A stretch of 64,000 bases of DNA from Azolla caroliniana. Its lineage: Eukaryota; Plantae; Polypodiophyta. Under the pieces are notes generated by a model that saw only the letters and a list, made by a program, of their open reading frames with translations, was not told where the DNA came from and made no database searches. The translations under genes were made by a program, and so were the position numbers. Positions 34,751 through 45,482 of the stretch are shown here, piece by piece. Every line of letters begins with the position of its first letter. Positions within the stretch are counted from its first letter, which is position 1. The stretch covers positions 17,732,001-17,796,000 of the forward strand of contig JBHGNT010000011.1 in NCBI GenBank assembly GCA_043228905.1, given 5' to 3'.

Positions 34751-34870
34751 ATCCATCTTGGACGGTGGAGATCGAACGCGCCATCAGCGATGTGACCTGC
34801 ACCGTCCCTCTCCGCGATTCCCTCACTTGCCCTCTTTAATATTTGGTAGCAGTTAGTCACGAGCATACTG
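34751..34870 (-). repeat. Right TIR of the MULE
   Basis: Reverse complement of 26219-26338. Confidence 0.92.
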
Positions 34871-35001
34871 TATACATATACTATGATATACATATACATA
34901 CATACAGTATGTATATGATATACATACATATACCCTGCTCCCCTTCACCCACACCCACACACACAGGCGAAGGTGAAGGTGAAGGTCCCTTTCTGAAGGC
35001 C

Positions 35002-38000
35002 ATGGCGTCCACAGTTCGCCCTTCCTTCTTCTTTTCTTTGTCTTCTCCTTCTTCTTCTTCTTCTTCTTCTTCTTCTTCTTCTTCTTCTTCTTCTTCTTCT
35101 TCCTTCTGCCGTCTTCACCACCACCACATCTCCCCTGCTCCATCTTTCCATGGCCACATCCTCTGCCTCCGGACCTCTGCTGCTTCCTCTTCTTCCCATC
35201 CCCGTGGTTCTTCGACTCTCGTATCCGCCACTGACGTGCCCGATTACCTCCCACTTCAATGGTATCCTCCTAACAATCAATGTGTTCTCTCTCTTGGTCT
35301 TATAAGACGTTAATATATCTTTCTTTCTCTAATCTGTCAAACCTTGCGTGTATTATTTCCTGGACTGGGCTTGAGTGGGGGAGGGAAGAGACTATGATCA
35401 GGATCGGATAGTTAAACCCTAATCCTTGGATTTGATTATTGTTCTTATAAAAAATTAAATATACTTAATTGCATGTCTAATTCTTTGATTAGACCAATGG
35501 ATACCTTTATCTTGGATGCACAATTTGTTTTCTATGGTGAGACATCCATTGTTTTTCTAATCAAAGAGTAAATAGGATTTCCAATTTGATCCAAAACAAG
35601 AAATGATTCCAAAGGTTTTCAACATTTTAAGGTTTAGCTATGCTCTTTGAAAAAGTTTTGTTTTCATAGTCTAGCCTGTTTGAGATTCTGTAGGCTAGAT
35701 TAAAAACAACAATATCTTTGAAACCTTAGGTTAGCTAGATTAACAATAGCTACATGTAGATACAAATTAATTTTACTAGAACATCCTGAATTCCTAGAAT
35801 GCTGCTTGATTTCGGCAGTAAATGTTATATTCATCATCTGATGAAGGAACAATAGAGTTCATATTCATTATCTGATGAATGATCTGACATGCATCATCAT
35901 TATCATAATCCTCCTCGGTGTCTCCAATAAACACAAAAGATGCTTTCTGATTGACCTTCTCTCCTTCAACATGATGAATTAAACATAAAAAGGAGAAGCA
36001 GAAGAGTTTTTGAGGAGAAATTTGAATTGTGAACTTTTAAAGTTAGAATGAGGAAGAAAGATCAAGAAGGATGACTGTTGCAAGGCCAAAAACATGGAAA
36101 AAAAGTGAAGAAAAAGTTCTGAGTTACAACCAAAATTGAGTTTTTAATGTTCTTGGTTCACCTTAGATAGCTAGAACCCAAACTTATCAATTTCTTAAAT
36201 TTATGAAGCCAAATATGGAGCCCTCCACAAAAGCAATTACGCCTTGTTATTTGCAGGCATAATACTTTGCAGTTCTAAGGAAACAACCTCGTTCTTTCCT
36301 TTGTACGGAAATAATAGCCTGTACACGTTCCAACTCGTATTTTTCATAGCCATCTTTACACTGTTTTTTAAGGTGTTCGTGTTATGTTGAACTTAATAAT
36401 AATATAACCATTGTCAGGATAAAATAAAATTAATGCATTGACTTGTGGTGCTATACATTGTTCAAATGTGTAAGGCATGCTCGAAAGGAGAGTGAAGAAC
36501 TCTCTTTTTCTTTGATGAGGTTAGCTTCACATCTCACTTATATGATTAGCGATGATGAACACATTTTTTGACATCTCTAGCAGATAGTGTTTTCTTTCTC
36601 TCTTTAACTCTAGCACTATTGCCCTCCTTTTGGTGTATGCTTAATTTGTTTCTCTAAAGGTTTGTGATCACTGATTACCAAAGTATTATGTGCTAGCTTC
36701 ATCTAGTCCTCTCTCATGTTACATTCATAAGCTTATTGTATTTAATATTTAATTTGTTAATAGCATCACAACTTCCATAGTTCCTCTCCTTCACTCTTGC
36801 ATCTCTTTCCTCATAATTTAAGTATTTTTTTCCCTTATTCTCTCTTCTTCCCATTGCTTGCTCCTTTTCTTTCATCATATTTACCAAGTCTAGAGGTGCC
36901 CATTGTGATGGTGAGGAAGTTTCTAAAACATTGAATGTTATCTATGTCCAATATACATTAACTCAATATAGTTCTACTTTTTGACTTCATGTTTTTTGTG
37001 ATTTCTTGTGTAGGAACTCTGTTTTCGGCTGTTACATTCCACCATTTCCAAACCGTGCCCTACTCTTATGGCCTCCCACTTGGAATTAGTTTTGCCCAGA
37101 ATAGTTGTTGGTCAAATCCTTGGTTATGTTGACAGACTGAGTTTATACCCAGTCTTGATGAGTATTCTCTCACACATACTGTTCTTATTTACATTGCTCA
37201 CAGACCTCTTGGTCTTGACTCTAGGATAGCATGCCTCTCTTTCTCTCTATCCCAACTTTTCCTCTCTACATTCATCTTGGCTGCCTCAGTCATCATACTA
37301 TCCCCCTCAAACCTCTACTCCTTGCAATCAGTGACCTTATATGTGTTGCGTTGACCAATCCTTCCGTTAATGCTAATGCTTTTATGCAGATTCCATTGAA
37401 TGCCTTGGGGGAGAGTGTTAAATGAGATGTTGCCTTAACTATGAGTGGCATTGTCAATACATGCCTGCGATGGGCATCACATGCTTATCAAGTAGGTTAA
37501 GAATTTTTTCACACCTTTCAGCTCAAGTGACACTATATTTCACAGGGCTTGATTCCTTCTGCATTTTTAACAGAATCCTCTCTTATTCGAAGCGAAATTT
37601 ATCCTGCAATGAACTCCCCCGCCTCTTGTTATGTACTTGATTGCACGTTTAGTGTCTGATTTATTACATTATGGTTATGAATTCATGAACATAAATAAAT
37701 ATGTAATTAATTGCAAGGAAAGGTGTCTCCTCCCCCTCTCTTACGTTTCAATTAGGATTTCTAATGTGATTCAAACTCTTGTTTGTTTGCAGGAATAAGA
37801 CTCAGGATGACAAACCATTAGGCCCACGATTTGATGTATGAACTCCATGTTTTATTTGAGTTTATCTCATTGTGTATGTTATAAGAGGGAATTTTCTTAT
37901 TCTCCATATGGTCAGTTTATGCCGTAGATGACAGCTGAAGAGGCAATCTCTTGCCAATTAGGAGCATTGCGAGAAAATGATCAACCTCATCCTGATTATG

Positions 38001-39161
38001 GAATTGAAGTCATGTATAGGGTAAAAGTTTTGAATTATTGGGAAAACGTTTTCTTGTATATTTTCATCCTTGGAAGAGGGATGAGAAAGAATCTCTTTCA
38101 TTCGTGCTCTGTTTGGATTTCACAGTTTGCTGGCTTCGATCCATTCGAACGATCAGTATACTTTGGACCTTCCTTCGATTTAGGACAGGTAAAACATTCT
38201 GATCCTTTTCAAATTTTATTACTTTAATTCTTTTTCTTTTTATTCTATTTGTGGCAAATTGTAACTGATGGTAGGGTAGGATTGGAACTCTCTTTGCATT
38301 TGCTTTAAGCCCACATTCCACTATATTTGGGTAGCTGTATGCTAAAATTCTTTAAAATCTGCTAAATCATTTCTAAAAGTCACGTCCATCATTCATAGAT
38401 CTAGCATCTTTATCCTCTCTATGACTGCTAAAATTTCTAAAAACGTAGATTTCCATAGTATTGAGGGCTTTAAGAACAGTTATCAATCAAAATTCTCCCT
38501 TTATTAGGATAAAAGAGCTTACTATTGCAATCCATTTGTATCTTCTTTATATTGAAAATTTATGATCTGTGAGACTAGAATTTCACAGTATCTAGTATTT
38601 TCAATTTCATAATGCTTCCTTAATGGATCATTACTCTGGACCTTGCTCTTTATGTCTAGTTTGAGAGGTTCAGGAGAATTTTTCACCATTCCACATATCG
38701 AGTACTCCTCGGACATACGGAAGCACGGGTGCTTAGTAGTTTGTTTCTCAATGAGGTATGCTGGAAACCTTTTTAATTCTATGTGATGATTTTATTCTAT
38801 GACATGATGAAGAAAAAGAAGTCAAAAACTCTTGCATACTTTAATGATTCATGTTCTAATATATAAGTACGAAGAAAAACCGTAAATTCTTGTGAATATA
38901 CAGCATTATTTCAAGCAAAGGGTATGGGTTCGTGGGGCACGCCCTGATGAGGAGGAAACTTTTGAATTTACTCTTATTCAGGTAAAATGTTGATTTATGA
39001 TTTGTTGATTGGCAACTTTGGCAAGGATTATTTTCTTACTGAAAGTTTTTGTGATAATATATGATATGCCATAGAGAGTTGGTGGTTGTTGGGATGGATA
39101 TTGGTTAACTGAAAGTGTTCGTCACGATGGTGAAGGCATCTCTGGAGGAATTGCATACTGA
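35002..39161 (+). CDS. Conserved plastid-targeted protein of unknown function, 7 exons
   Basis: Exons 35002-35261, 37793-37835, 37928-38020, 38126-38188, 38660-38755, 38904-38981 and 39075-39161 splice in frame. Ser-rich transit peptide, then PDYLPLQW, QLGALRENDQP.PDYGIEVMYRFAGFDPFERS.YFG, FERFRRIFHHSTYRVLLGH, RVGGCWDGYWLTES. Confidence 0.85.
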
Positions 39162-40615
39162 ATATTTATATGGATTCAAGCAAGTATCTATAATCTCCAA
39201 AAGGATCTCCCTCATTGTATAATTTTTATTGCTATCAGGAAAACATCACCAGAATTAGGAGTAAGATTTGTATATTACCCTTTCGGGAAATCATTGTGCT
39301 TTTACTTTTCCAGAATGAATAGAAATAAAGATTTGTATATTACCCCCCATCAGGAAGGCATCATATGTTTGAACTTACCAGAATTTGCAGCGGGATTTTA
39401 TAAGGACCAGTGTTTCTTTTTGGCTAGTACAATGTTTTAGTGTGTTCTCTTTTGAACATTTGTACTGCTCAATAAAACCTAGTATGAGGCCAAGCCGCTC
39501 CTTTGAATTGTTGCAAAGTGTTTCAAATAAAAAGGGAGACCCTCCATCTAAAACTCTCATTGAATGATAAACATCACTTGCTTGAGCATTCAATGGGTAG
39601 GATGAAAACAGATCAAGATGATCTTCTGCAAACCACATGAAGCAAGCACAATGAACCACTTCATCCACATGAAACACCTTGTTTGTGTGCCCATGCAGAA
39701 TTATAGTTAAATATGATCCCTAATTGAAAAGCATCTACCCTAGTGTCTTCAAACTAACTAATTATTGACAAAAACTAATTATTTAGTTATTTTCAAGTAT
39801 CATGAACTATCCACAAGTTTTTTGACTCGTCAATCCACAAGTTAGAACAACCTTCATGTTGGATTTTGCAAGCACAGAGAAAATTGCCATTAAGACCAAT
39901 TGTCATTTTTTATCTCATGACTCTTTTCACTACCACATCCTCAATGATGTTATTACTATCCTTGTTGTTGCAATGTATCAGCATTTTATTATCTTGACTA
40001 ATATACCAACACACTACTTCTCTTTGACAGATGCTACTTGTTTGACCAGTCCCATGTGTTTGTCACCATTGAACCCCACCATGTTATCATAGCTCTTTTG
40101 TCACCTTTTTTCTTTTCAAGAAAGATACTACATTAATACTAAGAAAACACCCCTAAGCCTATATATGAAATATGCCCATACCATGTATGCACTGCTTGAG
40201 GATAGACTTGTATCAATAGCGTTATGATTCTTTTCCATATTTCCACCGCAAAGTCAACTCCACAAACAATGTTTAGCACTCTCCAATAGATTCATATAAA
40301 AAAGGCACATATTGTTTGCATTCATCCCTTTTCACCAACCATTAACTAGTATAGATAGCTCTATGAATCAACGACCATCGAAAACAAACAATATTCCTAA
40401 TTTGTATGCCCCACAACCATTTCAAAATTGCTTGAGATGTTGTGGAGAAAGTTCATTCCATCACCTTTAATCCTTTATTGAGCACATTATAGACCACATT
40501 TCATATATTCTCGTCTAATACCTCAAGTTTGCCTTATATATTTTGTCACCTTTAATCAAATATTGATGGTGTACACTTGTTCCCCAATATGTTTCTATAC
40601 ATAATACGATAAGGT

Positions 40616-40773
40616 AAAGGTTCCAATTGTAGAATGTGAAAATGTTATGGACACCTTAGTAAAAAAAAACTTAATATGCCAAACACTTCACACCAAAGGT
40701 TCCAATTGTAGAATGTGAAAATGTTATGGACGCCTTAGTAAAAAAGAACTTAATATGCCAAACACTTCACACC
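40616..40773. repeat. 79-bp tandem duplication
   Basis: aaaggttccaattgtagaatg...cacttcacacca occurs twice. Confidence 0.85.
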
Positions 40774-41599
40774 ACTAGTTGACCTTTGGATAGGTGAGCA
40801 TATGTACACAATATGATAATTGACACCAAAAATGGTGGAACATATTCACCCTAAAACTTTTGGGGATGAAAATGGTTTCCATGCAATTCGCACTCCTCAT
40901 GTAACTAAAGAATGCATTCACCTAAACACTCCCGTTGGGAACATGCAGTTAACATGCTCAACAACTTTTCCCCAGAAGTTTGAGATTTACTCAACCGCCT
41001 ACCATTTCTAGCTATGCTCTAGGTAAGGGGACATTATCTATTGACATGTACACCCATATGAATCTACAATCACAAGGACACTTGTATGAACACACAAAGA
41101 ACGAAATAATCCATACCCAACAATGAACCTGGAGAAAAGTCAATCTCAACAAATATGAGCACTCACATACATGGGAATCTATTCAATGTTTTCTTTGTAT
41201 TTTCCAATGACATCCACTCTTTTTTATTTATGGTGCATGATATTTTTGGTGGGAATCCTCTGGGTGAGGTGTGATCCCAAACAAAAGAATGCTAACAAGT
41301 GAAGAAAAGTTGGAGAGCCATTTTAGATCTTTTGCAAAGAATGGTGGATTCTACAAAACAAAATTTATATAATGCATAGAGGCCATGGCACATAGAAAAT
41401 GAAATGGCCACGCAAACACACATGCACATTAATGACCCAGAAAGGAATTACCCTTGGGGGGGAAAACCTGGATAGGCGAATATGGATCTAAAGCAAATCT
41501 GTTGTGGTGAAGGTATGCGAAACAAATAGCCCATAGGATCTGCATGGTATGAAAAACACGAGAGAGAAAGCGCGCGCACATTCAAACAAACCCGAAACA

Positions 41600-41870
41600 C
41601 ACACACACACACATGGACACCATCGGCCAATCGGTGGATAGACCAATGACACACACACATGGACACATGGACACCATTGGCCAATCGGTGGATAGACCAA
41701 TGACACACATGCACGCACACATGGACACCATCGGCCAATCGGTGGATAGAGCAATGACACACACACACACACATGGATACCATCGGCCAATCGGTGGATA
41801 GAGCAATGACACACACACACATGGACACCATCGGCCAATCGGTGGATAGACCAATGGCACCATGGACATA
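41600..41870 (+). promoter_or_regulatory. Five-unit CCAAT-box minisatellite upstream of the RING gene
   Basis: Units ATGGACACCATCGGCCAATCGGTGGATAGA(C/G)CAATG at 41613, 41667, 41721, 41773 and 41821, separated by (CA)n. TATA-like sequences follow at 41869 and 41961. The regulatory role is inferred. Confidence 0.6.
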
Positions 41871-41881
41871 TAAGAGCAAGG

Positions 41882-41939
<58 letters not shown>

Positions 41940-42339
41940 GTATAGTGTGTGTGGTTTGGATATAAAGAGAAGGAGGTCTCTCATGTCGTTTCACAAAGAG
42001 ATGGGGTTCTTCTTATCTGGAACACACTAAAAAACAGAGGAACAAGGAAAGAGAGGAAATACATAGATAGATCAAAGCTATGGAATTTGGAGAATACGCA
42101 GAAGCAAAGTGCCTGCATCAAATAAATGGATCCGCTTCCTTACCATATTTCTTCACCATAGCAAGTGTCTGAATCAAATCCGAGGCTATATGGTGCATCT
42201 CATCTGAATCAGGTAATCCTTCTTTCTTCCTCCTCTCTTTTTTTCTATTTGATCTGAATTAGGGTGTCCTTTCATATCAAGGAGGCAAAAAAATCTGATT
42301 TGTTTCGTTTCTTCGTCTTTCTTAGATCTGAGCCTATTT

Positions 42340-43614
42340 ATGGCTATGGCTATGGCTGCATCTGCATCTTCTCCTCATTCAGATCAGTATTTCTGTCATC
42401 AATGCGAGAGCTCTGTTCTTCTCTCCGATCCCGAAGTGCTAATCTGTCCAGAATGCAACAGCGATTTTATCGAAGCCAGACCATTGGACACATCCATATC
42501 CACCTCTTCTTCTTATGTGAATGAAGATATGGATTACATGGGCCCTGGATTCGGTCAGCTATTAGAAGACATGTCGAATTTCTTATCTCACATACAAATG
42601 GGCACATCATCCATGGTGAATATTCCTCCTCCTCATCCAAATTCGGCTTCCTCAATGTTTTTCCCACAACCTGAGGAAGAAGAGCAACAAAGAGGTACAC
42701 AAGAAGAACAAGAGCACGAAAATGAGCATGGACGAGAAGAACATGAACAAGAAGTGCCCCAGATTGCATCTGATGTCGCACCTGATGTCAACCCAATCCT
42801 TCTGGTGCAAAGCCGGATACGGAACCTTATGAATCTAAGGCGGATTCTCCGTCGTGGAGGCATTATGGGCGGTTTTATGGGTGGTGATATGGGTGGCCAT
42901 TTCTCTATCTCCGGTGGTTCCAACCCTTTACGCCTTCCAGGAACCATGGGTGACTACTATATCGGCCCCGGCCTCGATCACCTCATCCAACAATTGTCCG
43001 AAAATGATCCTAACAAATATGGTAGCCCTCCTGCCTCAAAATCTTCAATCGAAGCTTTGCCAACCATCCATATCACCCATCATGATCTCGGTGCGGATGG
43101 TATTGGTGACGATGCATCCAAATGTGCTGTTTGCAAGGAGGTATTCGAGTTGTGTGTTGAAGTTAAGAGAATGCCATGTAATCATTTGTACCACCCCGAT
43201 TGCATCTTTCCATGGCTCCAGGAGCATAACACGTGCCCCGTGTGTCGGTATGAACTGCCTACTGATGATCCTGATTATGAGGAATCCCGTGGGCGACCGC
43301 GACCGGGAATCCGCACAGAATCTTCTTCTGGTGATGCTTCGGCCTCTGTAGAGGGAGTAGAAAGGGCACCAAGAGATGAAAATTCACTACTTTATGATGT
43401 TGAAGAAGAAACTGGAGTTGTGCATGAAATTCCGAGTGCAATTCCTCGGCTTAGAGTTGCACGTCATATAGGATTGCAATCTTTGGGAGAACAAAGAATT
43501 GTAACGAGAGTTGGGGAAAATGATTCTACTGTGGATGGGCATCCTTTTAGGGATATTAATGCGGTGACCAATGACGTCAACAATACGTCTTCCAATGATG
43601 TACAACAAGACTGA
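42340..43614 (+). CDS. RING-H2 E3 ubiquitin ligase with N-terminal zinc ribbon (BTL/RNF126-like)
   Basis: YFCHQC..CPECNSDFIE, GDYYIGPGLDHLIQQL, PPASKSSIEALP, CAVCKE..MPCNHLYHPDCIFPWL..HNTCPVCRYELP. Probable 5' UTR intron at about 42213-42326. Confidence 0.95.
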   Translation: MAMAMAASASSPHSDQYFCHQCESSVLLSDPEVLICPECNSDFIEARPLDTSISTSSSYVNEDMDYMGPGFGQLLEDMSNFLSHIQMGTSSMVNIPPPHPNSASSMFFPQPEEEEQQRGTQEEQEHENEHGREEHEQEVPQIASDVAPDVNPILLVQSRIRNLMNLRRILRRGGIMGGFMGGDMGGHFSISGGSNPLRLPGTMGDYYIGPGLDHLIQQLSENDPNKYGSPPASKSSIEALPTIHITHHDLGADGIGDDASKCAVCKEVFELCVEVKRMPCNHLYHPDCIFPWLQEHNTCPVCRYELPTDDPDYEESRGRPRPGIRTESSSGDASASVEGVERAPRDENSLLYDVEEETGVVHEIPSAIPRLRVARHIGLQSLGEQRIVTRVGENDSTVDGHPFRDINAVTNDVNNTSSNDVQQD

Positions 43615-44427
43615 TGATTGATTCTCATGTGTCGTGTGTTATATTTATTTGCCTATGGTAGGCCAAATTGGTGTACATAATGAGCTGACATTAGGCCTTG
43701 ATTTTCATGGCTTGATAGGAGGCTGATCTTATTGATTCTATAGATTCCTTGCTTTCAATGGAGTTGTCACAATCCAATGTTTCAAAATCATGTAATCTGT
43801 TTTATGTAATGATCAATCATATAAAACGTGGATAATATTATTTTAATCTTCTTAAACACCTTTAAGGCCTTTGTTCATTTAAAACAAGATTGCCTTCATC
43901 CATTCAATCATATGTCAAGGCTTGGCTTGGTAACTTTACAGAGTCTTGTTTTAGAGTCACGCAAGCAAGTCATTTTGTATAGTGATTTGCCTGTTCTCAA
44001 TGGGGCATAGACTCCATACATGGCCTGCCTATTGCCAATAGGGCATGTTTCGTTTGTATAGAGATGGAGAATCAATGCATTGATTCCTTACCTGCCCAAT
44101 TGCAAATGCAATTTGTTTTATATGACCTCATTCTGGTTAGTGTTAACTTGTGATATTTTGTCACTTTCAATTGGTTATAATTTAAGGGAACCAAAGCTTT
44201 ATCATCACCATCATATAAAGTTACTTTATAACATCTTTGGTGTTGTGTTGCAATAAAGTTTTAGAAACATGTTCTTGTGTGATGATCTCCATGGAGTACA
44301 ATAGAAGCTTCATAGTTCTGATGTCACTTAGAATCACAAAACCTTCAAAGGCTTTACCTTGCCATGAGATCATCACTACTGTAGTAAGGATAGCTCAGTT
44401 TTTTTGTTTTATAACGCTATTGAGTGC

Positions 44428-44581
44428 ACACGTGTGTGTGTGTGTGCGTGTGAGTGTGCGTGTGCGTGCGTGTGCGTGTGCGTGTGCGTGTGCGTGTGCG
44501 TGTGCGTGTGCGTGTGCGTGTGCGTGTGCGTGTGCGTGTGCGTGTGCGTGTGCGTGTGCGAGAGAGAGAGAGAGAGAGAGA
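44428..44581. repeat. (GTGCGT)n / (GT)n / (GA)n microsatellite
   Basis: Directly visible. Confidence 0.95.
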
Positions 44582-45482
44582 CCTCAAGCATCCATGAATA
44601 ACAAATATTCTGTTCAAATGAACACAGTAATCAGTCGCCACATGTAACAAAATGCCTTACATTGCACAGAGAACTCCAAGTTGTATGTGAAGCACACCAT
44701 AGACAGTCAAACGAAAATGGACCCCAACCCATCAACCAAGGCTTACAAATAAATAATCTGCACAATGCTCACAAATGACAAACAATATACCCAGCCACCA
44801 GTTCTATAGCAAAATATCATATGCACAAAACCATATACATATTGATATACGAAGCTCAATTATGTGGTTTCAACATATGAATATTGACAATGCTCATATT
44901 TTCTTCCTCTTTGACAAAGTGTCTCATTAACTATAAAAAAATCTCCTGGCCTCCATTAAATTTAGGCTAACAATTCAATTCAGATCAAATATTCATGAAC
45001 AGTCATGGTATTAACTCCTAGAAGGAAAACATAGTGTTTCACGAGGAAAGAAAACATAAACTTCTGTCTTTTGACCTTAAATTCATTCAGTCTATGCAAA
45101 AAAACGTTTTGAAAACTTCACCAATTTTCACTTAAATAATTTGAGACAATAATACCATCAATAACTCAATATTATCTCGACTTACAAATACATCACCCTA
45201 AAACCATATAGGGACCGGATATACCTAGCAAACATAGCTCTGCATCAACAAGATATTTCTGGAGTGCAGCAAACAAAAAATTACTTCCAATTCCATTTTG
45301 TGTGACAATGTGCCTCACTGAGCTATGAATGATAAGCAAAAAACTAGACTTCATGCAAAAAAAACATGGTCGGAGAGTCAGGTTCCTATCACTTCATGTG
45401 CTACAATCATGAGACACTTTTATGAAAATGGGCAACAGGCAATTTGTTGCACGAAGTTTGAACCAGCATCTTTTAAGATTAG

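Larger units (their letters stand above)
26219..34870 (+). mobile_element. Apparently intact autonomous Mutator-like element (8,652 bp) carrying a ZnF-Ulp1 gene and a transposase
   Basis: 120-bp TIRs at 26219-26338 and 34751-34870 (9 mismatches by hand alignment). Flanked by the direct repeat TATACATATA (26209-26218 and 34871-34880). Two uninterrupted genes and subterminal motif arrays lie inside. Confidence 0.92.

Noticed and set aside
26219-34870. Zisupton/KDZ or CACTA assignment, prompted by SWIM plus Ulp1 and by subterminal repeats
   Set aside because: The catalytic motifs (DSTFKTN, CxFH, TTNxVE) and the long TIRs are Mutator-type, there is no CACTA terminus, and the protease is a separate gene.
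36500-37650. Possible RTE/LINE relic in intron 1 of the plastid protein gene
   Set aside because: Only a weak GRP..W-like trace on the minus strand, with no definable boundaries.
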